A stretch of DNA of 51,435 nt from Acidobacteriota bacterium (GTDB taxonomy: Bacteria > Acidobacteriota > Vicinamibacteria > Vicinamibacterales > UBA2999): NCBI GenBank assembly GCA_016190945.1, contig JACPPO010000146.1, positions 1-51,435 on the forward strand, read 5' to 3'. The position numbers and the translations under genes were made by a program. Under the pieces are notes generated by a model. That model made no database searches. It saw nothing but the letters and a program-made list of their open reading frames with translations, and had not been told where the DNA came from. Shown one piece after another: positions 9,903 through 18,734 of this stretch; within the stretch, counting starts at the first letter, position 1, and each line of letters starts with the position of its first letter.

Positions 9903-10161
9903 CCGGTAGTCGGCTAGTTAGGAGTTGGCAGCGCTACCAACCACCGTGTTATCGCTCGCGAAAACGCTCGATTCGTTTCTCGTCCTCGGGCGTTTCGGTG
10001 TCGCGCGGGTTGACATCGCGTTCCGACGTCCTCGCCGACTGTGGCACTGTGCCTGATCCGTCGGAAGAGCAGGTGAGCGCGTGTCCGGCGCTGCGGGTGC
10101 CTCGGTCATCGTTCCTCTCCAGTACTATCCCACCTATAATCGCGTACGATTCGAAACATAG

Positions 10162-11181
10162 ATGGGAAAGCTGAAGATCATCGTGCTATACGACCGAGTC
10201 CTCGTGGACGATACCGAGGCGCCGGCGACCGGCGACAAGGCGCCCGTGGTGCGCACGCTCGACAGGAAAGAGGTCGAGGAGGAGGTCACCGAAGCTCTGA
10301 CCAAGCTCGGTCACGACCCGGTGATGTACGAGCTCGACGGCACCCAGAAGAGCCTCCTTGGCCTTGCCAAGGTGGAATGCGACCTTGTGTTCAACCTGGC
10401 GGAATCGTTCGCCGACGACGACACGGCCGACTTCAAGATTGCCGCGTTCCTCGAATTGCTCGGGAAGAAGTACACCGGCACCGGCACCAACGGGTTGATG
10501 CTGGCGCAGGACAAGGCGGTCGCGAAGAAGATCTTCGCATTTCACGGCATCCACACGCCGACATTTGCGAAGTCCTACCGCGGCCGGCTCGATTTCTCCC
10601 ACGATCTCCAGTTTCCCGTCATCGTGAAGCCGGCCCGCGAGGACGGCTCCATCGGCATCGAGTTCAGCGCGGTGGTGAACTCCATCCGCGAGCTGATGGA
10701 GCGGATGGACTGGCTCCATGCCAACTTCGATTCGCCTGTCCTGATCGAGGAGTACATCGAGGGCCGGGAGATGTACGTCGGCGTGATCGGCAACGACAAT
10801 GCGGAAGCGCTGCCGATTGTGGAACTGGACTTGTCCAAACTGCCCGGCGGCACGCCGCGCATTGCGGCGGCAGAGGTGAAGTGGGGCAAGGGCACCAAGA
10901 CGTACCGGGATACGAAGTCGGCGATTGCGACCGACCTGCCGGAAGAAACGACGCAAACGTTGCAGCAGACTGCCATTGCCGCGTATCAGGCGCTGGAGCT
11001 TCGGGACTACGGCCGCGTGGATATGCGGCTGCAGGCTGATGGCCGGGTGCAGGTGATCGAAGTCAATCCGAACCCGTGGCTCAGCTCCCGCGCGGAGTTT
11101 GCCATGGCGGCGCGCAAGTCCGGGCGAACCTACACGCGCCTGGTCGAAGAGATCATCGAGCTAGCCACGGCCCGGGCCTAG
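10162..11181 (+). CDS. D-Ala-D-Ala ligase-family ATP-grasp protein
   Basis: VFNLAE, YTG, DKAVAK, PVIVKP..EDGSIGI, EEYIEGRE, RDYGRVD, EVNPNP; lacks the canonical Ddl GEDG motif. Confidence 0.85.
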   Translation: MGKLKIIVLYDRVLVDDTEAPATGDKAPVVRTLDRKEVEEEVTEALTKLGHDPVMYELDGTQKSLLGLAKVECDLVFNLAESFADDDTADFKIAAFLELLGKKYTGTGTNGLMLAQDKAVAKKIFAFHGIHTPTFAKSYRGRLDFSHDLQFPVIVKPAREDGSIGIEFSAVVNSIRELMERMDWLHANFDSPVLIEEYIEGREMYVGVIGNDNAEALPIVELDLSKLPGGTPRIAAAEVKWGKGTKTYRDTKSAIATDLPEETTQTLQQTAIAAYQALELRDYGRVDMRLQADGRVQVIEVNPNPWLSSRAEFAMAARKSGRTYTRLVEEIIELATARA

Positions 11182-11708
11182 GGCCGTACCCGTCCGTCCA
11201 CCTTCCATAAATAGAGCGTTCGGGATTGGCCGTCTGCGCTTGTGAAGACATCGACAACATCCGGGTCCCAGTCACCCATCGCGAAGTTGTGCGACACGAT
11301 GCGGGCACCGGGTCGAAGCTGCCGAGTGAGAATCGGCCGGAGCTGCACGTTTTGCGCGGACAGCAAGTACAGCGTAACGACCGTCGCCTCGGATACATCC
11401 GTGTCCAGCGCGTCCTGGAGCTTGAACGTGACCAGGTGCTCGACCTGTGCGCGGGCGGCGTTCCGTTGCGCCTCAGCGATGCGCACCGGGTCGATGTCCA
11501 CCCCGACGCCGTGGGCCCCGAACTTCTGCGCCGCGGCGATGACGACGCGGCCATCGCCGCAGCCCAAGTCGTACACCACGTCGCGCGAGGTGACCGTAGC
11601 CAGCGCGAGCATCCGGGCGACGACATCCGGAGGCGTGGCCACGTACGGCGCGCGAGGAACCTGCGGCGCCGCCACGCCAAGCAGCAAAGCCAGAAGCAAG
11701 TGGGCCAT
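11178..11708 (-). CDS. Class I SAM-dependent methyltransferase with hydrophobic N-terminus
   Basis: PYVATP, YDLGCGDGR, VTLYL, LRPGARIVSH. Confidence 0.88.
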   Translation of the reverse strand: MAHLLLALLLGVAAPQVPRAPYVATPPDVVARMLALATVTSRDVVYDLGCGDGRVVIAAAQKFGAHGVGVDIDPVRIAEAQRNAARAQVEHLVTFKLQDALDTDVSEATVVTLYLLSAQNVQLRPILTRQLRPGARIVSHNFAMGDWDPDVVDVFTSADGQSRTLYLWKVDGRVRP

Positions 11709-11937
11709 TGACCGATTTTAGCGACGGTTCCGAAGAAGGAGCCCCACGTCCATACGCCCGTAGGCTTGGGCCGCCTTCGGGATGAGACCGACGGTCTCGG
11801 CCTCGGCTGTCGCAGCAGAGGACGCAAGCGGGTCTGGCGCGTCATTTCGTGAAGCCGCCGCTCAAGTCCCCACGAATCCGAGGGTTACGGCCCGCTTGGG
11901 CCGTGGCAGCCAGCGTACGCGGCGCCAGCCCACGGTC

Positions 11938-11965
11938 AAACGGCAGGATTAAACGGCAGGGTTAA
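11938..11965. repeat. 13-bp direct repeat upstream of the carD promoter
   Basis: AAACGGCAGGATT AAACGGCAGGGTT AA. Confidence 0.6.
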
Positions 11966-12000
11966 GGTGCCAAAATGGGCTCATTCTTGGCCATTTCCCG

Positions 12001-12029
12001 TTGATCTTGGCCAGAACGTGCGCTATACT
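12001..12029 (+). promoter_or_regulatory. sigma70-type promoter of carD
   Basis: TTGATC-N17-TATACT. Confidence 0.7.
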
Positions 12030-12093
12030 GACCAGTGCTGTTCCAGGCACGAAACCGGTCCTACCACCAACCTAATCCTGCTACGGGGGAAAC

Positions 12094-12690
12094 GTGACAT
12101 TCCAGGTCGGCGACAAGGTCATCTACCCAAATCATGGGCTCGGCATCGTCGAACGCGTCGAAGAGAAGACTATCCTGGGTACCACCTGCGGCTTTTTCCA
12201 CCTGCACATCGTGTCCAACGACACCACGGTGCTCGTGCCCGTCGCGAACGTCGACGGCGTCGGTCTTCGCAAGGCCGTTACAGACGAGGAAGTGGAGCGG
12301 CTGTTCGAACTCCTCGGCGACGGCCGGATCGATAACCATCAGAACTGGAAGGGCCGCTTCAAGGACAATTCCGACAAGATGCGGACCGGCTCGATCTACG
12401 ACATGGCGGACGTGCTCAAGAGCCTGACGTTCCTGAGCAAGTCCAAGAGCCTCTCGTTCCGCGAGAAGCGCATGCTCGATCGCGCCAAGGCGCTCATCAT
12501 CTCCGAGATCTCCGAGGTCGTGCGCGCGAAGGCGCTCGAAGTCGAGCAAAAGGTCGATCGCGCGCTCGAAAAATGCTTCATGGTCAAGGCGCGCAACATG
12601 GCGCGCGTCACCGCGCGCGCCAAGATCACCAAGCCGGTCAAGGCGAGCGTCATGGCCGCGGCGCCGCGCCGTGCGGCGCGCGCCTCGTAA
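12094..12690 (+). CDS. carD: CarD/CdnL family RNA polymerase-binding regulator with basic C-terminal tail
   Basis: FQVGDKVIYPNHGLG, VLVP..GLR, NWKGR, LSFREKRML; GTG start after GGGGG. Confidence 0.92.
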   Translation: MTFQVGDKVIYPNHGLGIVERVEEKTILGTTCGFFHLHIVSNDTTVLVPVANVDGVGLRKAVTDEEVERLFELLGDGRIDNHQNWKGRFKDNSDKMRTGSIYDMADVLKSLTFLSKSKSLSFREKRMLDRAKALIISEISEVVRAKALEVEQKVDRALEKCFMVKARNMARVTARAKITKPVKASVMAAAPRRAARAS

Positions 12691-12722
12691 GCTTCGCCCA
12701 ACTGACTCCAGCGTTCTTCGCC

Positions 12723-12750
12723 GCCCGGGAGTTCGTCTCCCGGGCTTTTT
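12723..12750 (+). terminator. Intrinsic terminator of carD
   Basis: GCCCGGGAG-ttcgt-CTCCCGGGC-TTTTT. Confidence 0.9.
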
Positions 12751-12754
12751 GTGT

Positions 12755-13063
12755 GTGCGCCAGGCATGGCGCGCCGCGCCGTGGCTGGCGGGGCGTATAT
12801 GCGGCGGGTGGCACGCGACGATTCCGGCGGACCCGAGGCTCAGCCCCTCATCGAGCAAGTCGTGCGGCGAGAAAACCTCGTCGCCGAGCACGCGCGCGTA
12901 GTGCCGGAACGGTGCGGCACCAGGCGTCGACGGCACGTCAGTCGGCGACCTGCCGGCCTACTGTCGGCAGTACGGGTCGCGCATCCGGGGGCAGCGGCTC
13001 AGCGGCACGTATCTCCCGCAGCCCGTGCGGTGCGTAGACATCCCCAAACCGACGGACAAGGGA
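12755..13063 (+). mobile_element. Degenerate group IIC intron remnant: 5' end plus frameshifted RT/maturase N-terminus
   Basis: Starts GTGCGCCAGGCATGGCGC 4 nt after the terminator U-tract. Translates LIEQVVRRENL...RVV, frameshift near 12904, then RNGAAPGVDG...LSGTYLPQPVRCVDIPKP. Confidence 0.85.
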
Positions 13064-13368
13064 CCGTTTGTCACTCGAGCGGAGACGTCGTAGGTCGCGC
13101 TGCAGTTACTTGAGAGATCCTGCTCGATTGGCGTTTTCTTGTTCCCTTTTGAGATGTCGTAGGTAAGAGGCTTCGCCCTGTGCGGCCGCCAGGCGCGCGC
13201 TGATAACCGCAAGCTCCAGCTTGGGAGTCTCGGCGGCGGGCTGCCGAACGAGAGTGACGGCTACCCAAGAGCAATCGCGGCGATGAACATGACAGTATCA
13301 AGTGTAGCGGAGTGACGAGTGCTTCGCACGCCTTAAGCGCTCTCGGGCGGCGAAGCCGCCGAGTCGAA

Positions 13369-13443
13369 TGGTGGGCGCGGATGGAATCGAACCATCGACC
13401 CCCCGCGTGTGAAGCGGATGCTCTACCGCTGAGCCACGCGCCC
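13369..13443 (-). tRNA. tRNA-Val (CAC)
   Basis: GGGCGCG acceptor stem, anticodon loop TTCACAC, GGTTCGATTCC, encoded CCA. Confidence 0.96.
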
Positions 13444-13484
13444 GTATGTTGCGCAAGGCGGATCTTCAGATCCGCCAACAAATT

Positions 13485-13661
13485 TCAGTCTAGCACAGCA
13501 GTCCCGTACAGCCGATCGCCAAAGTCGCCGAGGCCGGGGACGAAGTACTTGCGCGCGTCGAGGTAGCGATCGACGACCGGCGTGTATACGGGAACTTCGG
13601 GGTGGTGCCGCTCAACCAGCGCCACGCCCTCTGGCGCGGCAACGATGCAGATCATGCGAAT
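13485..13661 (-). pseudogene. upp: Uracil phosphoribosyltransferase, C-terminal fragment
   Basis: IRMICIVAAPEGV...YFVPGLGDFGDRLYGT; the N-terminal ~150 aa are absent. Confidence 0.88.
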
Positions 13662-13663
13662 CG

Positions 13664-14061
13664 TCGCTTGCGGTCACCAAGGGCACCGTTGTGACGATGG
13701 ATGACGACGGCCGCGTCGTTGCCAGCGGTGCCGTGGCGATTGACGGATCCGACATCGTCGCGGTCGATGTGGCCGATGCGATTCAGCAGGAGTTCCGCGG
13801 CAGCGAGACGATCGACGCCGCCGGCCGGGTGGTGCTTCCGGGTCTGATCAACACGCACATCCGCGCGCTCATGGTGCTGTGCCGCGGGCTCGTCGCCAGG
13901 GAGACAAAGGCGGCCGGCCTGCGCGGCGTTGGCGTCTCACACAAGCTCGAGAGCAACATGAAGCTGGCCAGCGGGACCGCAAGATGGTGACGCTGGATGA
14001 GGCCGCCGTCCTCCGCGACGCGCGGCCCCGGGCGCAGAAAGTGCGCGCGGCGGTCAAGTAG
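13664..14061 (+). pseudogene. MTA/SAH deaminase-like amidohydrolase, internally deleted
   Basis: Joined fragments VVTMD..GAVAIDG..VLPGLINTH(IR)..RGL, GVGVSHKLESNMKLASGTA and shifted-frame VTLDEAAVLRDAR..VRAAVK; about 130 codons of a roughly 450 aa family; HxH motif broken. Confidence 0.8.
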
Positions 14062-14575
14062 CGCCAGGGTCGTCGTCCAGGACGGCGATATATGGCAGGT
14101 TCCGATGTTGCTCGGCGCAATCGAGACCGTAGCCCACGACGAACTTGTCCTCGATGGTGAAGCCAACGTACTCGACGCTCACTTCGATCTGCCGTCGGGA
14201 CGGCCTGCTGAGAAGGCACGCCGTGCGCAGGCTGCGCGGCGATCGCGCTCGCAGGATGTCCTGCAGGCAGACCAGCGTCAGCCCCGTATCGACGATGTCC
14301 TCGACAATCACCACGTCGCGTCCCTCGATGCCTGCGTCCAGATCCTTCAGCAGCTGCACCTGCCCGGACGAGGAGGATCTCTTGCCGTAGCTCGATACCG
14401 CCATGAAATCGAACGAACAGCGCCCGGGAAGGGCCCTCGCGAGATCCGACAGAAAGACAAACGCGCCCTTGAGGACCGCGATGAGATGTACGCCATCGGG
14501 GTGATCGCGCCGGATGTCGGCGGCCATCTCACGCACACGCCGCTGAATGTCGTCGGAAGAGATGAGAACGTTCAT
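14054..14575 (-). CDS. hpt: Hypoxanthine phosphoribosyltransferase
   Basis: VLKGAFVF, VSSYG, IVEDIVDTGLT, FVVGYGLD..RNLPYI. Confidence 0.93.
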   Translation of the reverse strand: MNVLISSDDIQRRVREMAADIRRDHPDGVHLIAVLKGAFVFLSDLARALPGRCSFDFMAVSSYGKRSSSSGQVQLLKDLDAGIEGRDVVIVEDIVDTGLTLVCLQDILRARSPRSLRTACLLSRPSRRQIEVSVEYVGFTIEDKFVVGYGLDCAEQHRNLPYIAVLDDDPGAT

Positions 14576-14625
14576 CGTTGGGTTGAGCGGCCGCCGCACG
14601 CGAGAGTAACATAGCGTGCCGGCCG

Positions 14626-15246
14626 ATGAAACGCTTCCAGATGATTACCGAGGCTGACGCCCGCGTCCTCGATTACGGGAGCACCGTCATCCTGGCCGCC
14701 GGCGGCCACGTCACGCCGCTCGCACACGACACGCTGAAGGCGCGGCGTGTCTCGGTCGTCCGCGAAGGCGTCGACGTCGACGCTGAATCGCTGGCTCCGC
14801 CGAGTCGGATCCGTACTGTAGCCATCGCGGGCGACCATACGGGCGTGGCGCTGAAGAAAGCGATCCTCCAGCATTTGCGCGGTCGCGGCATGGCCGTGCA
14901 CGACCTGGGCACCGGCACCAGCGAGCCGGTGGATTATCCGGATACCGCGGCGTCCGTTGCCGTGCGGATCTCCCGCGGCGAGGCCGACGCCGGCATCGTG
15001 ATCGATGGCGCGGGGCTCGGGTCGACGATTGCCGCCAACAAGGTCAGCGGCGTCCGCGCCGCCATGTGCCTCAACCAGACGCTGGCCCGGTACGCGCGGC
15101 AGCACAATGGCGCGAACGTGCTGGCGCTGGGGTCGACGCTTGTCACGCCGGAAGAGGCGTTGGCGATCGTCGATACGTTCATCGACACGCCGATGCGCGA
15201 GCCGCGGTACATTCGCAGGCTCACGAAGATCCGGGATCTGGAGTGA
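14626..15246 (+). CDS. rpiB: RpiB/LacA/LacB sugar-phosphate isomerase with extra N-terminal domain
   Basis: GDHTG, VDYPD, IDGAGLG..AANK, HNGANVL; about 60 aa N-terminal [18 protein letters not shown] module. Confidence 0.88.
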   Translation: MKRFQMITEADARVLDYGSTVILAAGGHVTPLAHDTLKARRVSVVREGVDVDAESLAPPSRIRTVAIAGDHTGVALKKAILQHLRGRGMAVHDLGTGTSEPVDYPDTAASVAVRISRGEADAGIVIDGAGLGSTIAANKVSGVRAAMCLNQTLARYARQHNGANVLALGSTLVTPEEALAIVDTFIDTPMREPRYIRRLTKIRDLE

Positions 15247-16118
15247 CGCAGCTTCCGGATATTCACCGCCTCATCCAGATCGTTGTCGAGGAGCTGGCGA
15301 CCGCCGGGCACGCCGTGCCGGCGCAGTGTGACTGTCACTCGCTGTTGTATGAGTGCTGTCCCGATCGGTTGAAAGGCATTCTCGATGCAGGCGCCACTCG
15401 GCTCGGGCTGTATGCGTCGGGCGGGTCAGCCGGAGGCGTGGCCGCGATGATCGACCACACGCTGCTGAAGCCCGACGCGACGCGGCAGGACATCGAGACG
15501 CTCTGCCGCGAAGCGGCGCAGTACGGATTCGCGAGCGTGTGCGTGAATCCGACCTGGGTGGCCGCGTGCGCGCGGCTGTTGCGCGGCAGCCGCGTTAAGG
15601 TATGCTCGGTTGTCGGGTTTCCGCTCGGCGCAACGACGACCGATACCAAGCAGTTCGAGACTCGCCGGGCAATCTTCGATGGCGCCTGCGAGCTCGATAT
15701 GGTGATCAATGTCGGCGCGCTGAAGTCCAGCGAGCTTCGACTGGTCGAGCGCGACATCGAGGCGGTCACCGTTCCGTGCCGCGAAGCCGGCGCGGTCAGT
15801 AAGGTCATTATCGAAGCGGCGCTCCTCACCGACGAGGAGAAGGTGACGGCCTGCGCGCTGGCTAAGGCGGCGGGCGCGAGCTTCGTGAAGACGTCAACGG
15901 GATTCGGGCCTGGCGGCGCCACGCCGCACGACGTGGCGCTGATGCGCCGCGTGGTCGGCGAGGAGATGGGCGTCAAGGCGGCGGGGGGGGTTCGGGATCT
16001 CGAGGGGCTCAAGGCGATGGTGGCCGCCGGCGCGACGCGCATCGGCGCCAGCGCCGGCGTACGGATCGTCCAGGAGTCGCAGAGTCAGCCGCCGACCGCG
16101 GCGGGCAAGGGCTATTAG
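15243..16118 (+). CDS. deoC: Deoxyribose-phosphate aldolase with N-terminal extension
   Basis: [46 protein letters not shown]; GTG overlaps rpiB TGA. Confidence 0.93.
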   Translation: MTQLPDIHRLIQIVVEELATAGHAVPAQCDCHSLLYECCPDRLKGILDAGATRLGLYASGGSAGGVAAMIDHTLLKPDATRQDIETLCREAAQYGFASVCVNPTWVAACARLLRGSRVKVCSVVGFPLGATTTDTKQFETRRAIFDGACELDMVINVGALKSSELRLVERDIEAVTVPCREAGAVSKVIIEAALLTDEEKVTACALAKAAGASFVKTSTGFGPGGATPHDVALMRRVVGEEMGVKAAGGVRDLEGLKAMVAAGATRIGASAGVRIVQESQSQPPTAAGKGY

Positions 16119-16171
16119 CCCCTGGTCTCGACGTAAGAGCAAAGACCAGGAACGAAGATAAGGAGAAGAGC

Positions 16172-16462
16172 GTGGCAAATCTGAATCAAGAGCAGCTCCG
16201 GCGCCTGGCGCGGCTTGGCGCCGTCGCCCGCCTCGGGCAGTTGCGGCAGGAGGAAGCGGCCATTCGCAGCGAGTTCCCCGATCTGTTCGGGCGCGGCCGC
16301 CGGGAGGACGGTGCTGCGGCTGCTCCTGCAAAGGCGGCAATGGCGCCGGCGGGTCGAGCCGGGCGGCGCCGCCGGCGCTTGTCCGCGGAGGCGCGTAAGG
16401 CGGCTTCCGAACGGATGAGAAAGTACTGGGCCGAGCGGCGAAAGGAGAAAGCGGAGAAATAG
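16172..16462 (+). CDS. Small basic hypothetical protein
   Basis: AGGAG RBS and GTG; Arg/Lys/Ala rich, RRRLSAEARKAASERMRKYWAERRK. Confidence 0.75.
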   Translation: MANLNQEQLRRLARLGAVARLGQLRQEEAAIRSEFPDLFGRGRREDGAAAAPAKAAMAPAGRAGRRRRRLSAEARKAASERMRKYWAERRKEKAEK

Positions 16463-17163
16463 TGCCGCGTTTGGCGGTCGCGTGTGTCCTGTGGATCGGC
16501 GCGCTCGCGAGCCCGCCGGCTGCCGCACAGGTCGCCGCGCCCGATCCTCCGGGGCCGTACGTCATCGACGTCCGCGGCGTGACGAGCGCCATTCCACAGG
16601 ACGCCAATTTCTTTCCTCCGGTCCCGACAGCCACGATCGTTCCATCGCGCGGCTATGGCATCGACGTCGGCGCACACGTCTATCTGATGCGACTTGGCTC
16701 AGGCCGTCTTGGCATCGGCGGGAATGTGGTACGCGTTCGTGGCACAGCGTCTCCGGCGGCGCCAAGCTCAGGATCGATCCCAGCCACACCCGCCGCGGCG
16801 ATCAGACCGGACGTCCGCGCTACGCTGACCACCCTCGCGCCACAGCTCTCGTACAACTTCGGCTCTGCGGAGGGGTGGAGCTACGTCAGCGCCGGTCTGG
16901 GCCGCGCGCAATTGAGGACGGGAACGTCGGCGTTCGGGGGATCGGGGAGCACAAGCAGCGCGATGCCGGCACGGTCGGTCGATAGTGGCACCCGATCCAG
17001 CATCAACGTCGGGGGCGGTGCGCGGTGGTTCGCGAAGGCGCACCTGGCGTTCTCGTTTGACGTGCGATTTCATCTCGTCTCCGCGGGCGCGGAGGAGGGT
17101 ACGGCGCAGGCAACGCCGCGCACCACGCTCGTAGCTGCATCCGCCGGGATTTCGGTGAGGTAA
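16462..17163 (+). CDS. Putative outer-membrane beta-barrel protein
   Basis: Signal peptide ending AAA-Q; amphipathic strands with aromatic girdles (SYNFG, WSYVSAGLG, GGGARWF, FSFDVRF). Confidence 0.7.
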   Translation: MPRLAVACVLWIGALASPPAAAQVAAPDPPGPYVIDVRGVTSAIPQDANFFPPVPTATIVPSRGYGIDVGAHVYLMRLGSGRLGIGGNVVRVRGTASPAAPSSGSIPATPAAAIRPDVRATLTTLAPQLSYNFGSAEGWSYVSAGLGRAQLRTGTSAFGGSGSTSSAMPARSVDSGTRSSINVGGGARWFAKAHLAFSFDVRFHLVSAGAEEGTAQATPRTTLVAASAGISVR

Positions 17164-17204
17164 GGCGCCTGGCTTGTCAGCCGCAGCTCGCCGGCGACGA
17201 ACCG

Positions 17205-17240
17205 GGCTGCCCGCCTGGGCCGAAGGCTCGGCGGGCAGCC
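17205..17240. repeat. GC-rich hairpin between convergent OMP gene and tRNA-Gly
   Basis: Perfect 11-bp stem GGCTGCCCGCC / GGCGGGCAGCC. Confidence 0.7.
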
Positions 17241-17277
17241 GCCGTAGCGCACCTGATTCAGCGCGCGCGTAGGCGGA

Positions 17278-17351
17278 TGGAGCGGGCTACGGGAATCGAA
17301 CCCGTCTAGCTGGCTTGGGAAGCCAGAGCATTACCACTATGCTAAGCCCGC
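17278..17351 (-). tRNA. tRNA-Gly (CCC)
   Basis: GCGGGCT acceptor stem, CTGGC-TTCCCAA-GCCAG anticodon arm, GGTTCGATTCC, encoded CCA. Confidence 0.96.
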
Positions 17352-17375
17352 CTGCCCGATTGTAGCGCAGGCCTG

Positions 17376-18731
17376 CTAACCGCGAATGAGGGCCAGGACC
17401 TCGTCGCGTCGCTTTTCCATCATCGCCGGTGACGCCGCCTCGAGATTGAGGCGCAGGAGCGGCTCGGTGTTGGAGGGCCGCACGTTGAAGCGCCAGTCGG
17501 GATAGTCCACCGACACACCATCCATCTTGGCAATCGTCGCATCCGTGTAGCGTGCTTCGACCGCGGCCAGCCTCTTCGGCACTTCCTGCATTGATGCCAG
17601 CTTCGTGTTGATCTCGCCAGAAATGAAGTACCGCTCGCGAAACGGCTGGAGCAGGTCGCGCAGGGACTGGTTCTTTCTCGACATCAGCTCGAGGATGAGC
17701 AGCGCAGGAATGAGCCCGTTGTCGGCGTAGTAGAAATCGCGGAAGTAATAGTGCCCGGTCACCTCGCCACCGAAGATGGCGTTGACTTCCCGCATCCGCC
17801 GCTTGACGAAGGCATGGCCGACCCTGTTCATGAGGGCGCGGCCGCCGTGCCGCGCCACGACGTCCTTGACGGCACGGCTCGCGCGGAGGTCGTAGACGAT
17901 CGTCGAGCCCGGGTGCTTCAGCAGGAACGCCTCGGCAAGGAGCGCGGTCACGAAGTCGCCGGAAATGAACTCGCCGCTTCCATCGATGAAGAAACAGCGG
18001 TCCGCGTCGCCGTCCCAGGCGATGCCGAGATCCGCCTTCTGGCGAATGACCTCGGCGGTGATATCCCGGCGGTTCTCCTCGATAAGCGGATTCGCTTCGT
18101 GGTTGGGAAACGTGCCGTCGATGTCAAAGCAGAGCTGGGTGACCTTGCAGGGCAGCCGGTCGAAGAGGGCGGGCGCCACGAGGCCGGCCATGCCGTTGCC
18201 GGCGTCAAGCACGACCGAGAAGGGCTTGACGACCGACGGATCGACAAAAGATATCACCTTCTCGACATATTCAGACACGACGGTACGCGTCGAGATCGAG
18301 CCGTGCCTGGCAGCAGGCGGCGGGAGACGATCCTGGACGATCATGTCGCGAATATCACCGATGCCGGCGTCGCCGCTCAAAGGCAGCGCGCCCGCCCGCA
18401 CCATCTTGACGCCGTTGTACTGCTGCGGGTTGTGCGAGGCCGTGATCTGCGCGCCTCCGCCGAGGTCGTCCCGGACCACGGCGAAGTACAGCATGTCGGT
18501 GCCCATCATCCCGTAGTCGATGACGTCGGTGCCTTGCTCGCGCGCGCCGTCCATCAACGCCGACGCAAGGGCAGGCGAGGACACGCGCATGTCGCGCGAC
18601 ACGCCGATCCGGGGTGTCTGCAGGTAAGCGGCAAGCCCTCGCCCGATCAGTCGCGCCACCTCGTTGTTGATTTCGCCCGGATACAGGCCGCGGACGTCGT
18701 AGGCCTTGAAGATGTCGAGATTGACATTCAT
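17376..18731 (-). CDS. Phosphomannomutase/phosphoglucomutase
   Basis: FKAYDVRG, ITASHNP, DGDADR, GGEVTGH, RPSNTEP. Confidence 0.95.
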   Translation of the reverse strand: MNVNLDIFKAYDVRGLYPGEINNEVARLIGRGLAAYLQTPRIGVSRDMRVSSPALASALMDGAREQGTDVIDYGMMGTDMLYFAVVRDDLGGGAQITASHNPQQYNGVKMVRAGALPLSGDAGIGDIRDMIVQDRLPPPAARHGSISTRTVVSEYVEKVISFVDPSVVKPFSVVLDAGNGMAGLVAPALFDRLPCKVTQLCFDIDGTFPNHEANPLIEENRRDITAEVIRQKADLGIAWDGDADRCFFIDGSGEFISGDFVTALLAEAFLLKHPGSTIVYDLRASRAVKDVVARHGGRALMNRVGHAFVKRRMREVNAIFGGEVTGHYYFRDFYYADNGLIPALLILELMSRKNQSLRDLLQPFRERYFISGEINTKLASMQEVPKRLAAVEARYTDATIAKMDGVSVDYPDWRFNVRPSNTEPLLRLNLEAASPAMMEKRRDEVLALIRG

Positions 18732-18734
18732 TGC

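Noticed and set aside
9918-10109. 63-aa minus-strand ORF with a GGAGAGG RBS
   Set aside because: No recognisable family; may be a remnant but cannot be supported.
11715-11850. Minus-strand peptide AETVGLIPKAAQAYGRMDV, faintly SDR-like
   Set aside because: Too short and lacks a start.
13064-13320. Possible tmRNA or other ncRNA near tRNA-Val
   Set aside because: No tRNA-like ends, tag peptide or other diagnostic motif.
16121-16150. CCTGGTCT/AGACCAGG hairpin after deoC
   Set aside because: 14-nt loop and no U tract; function not supportable.
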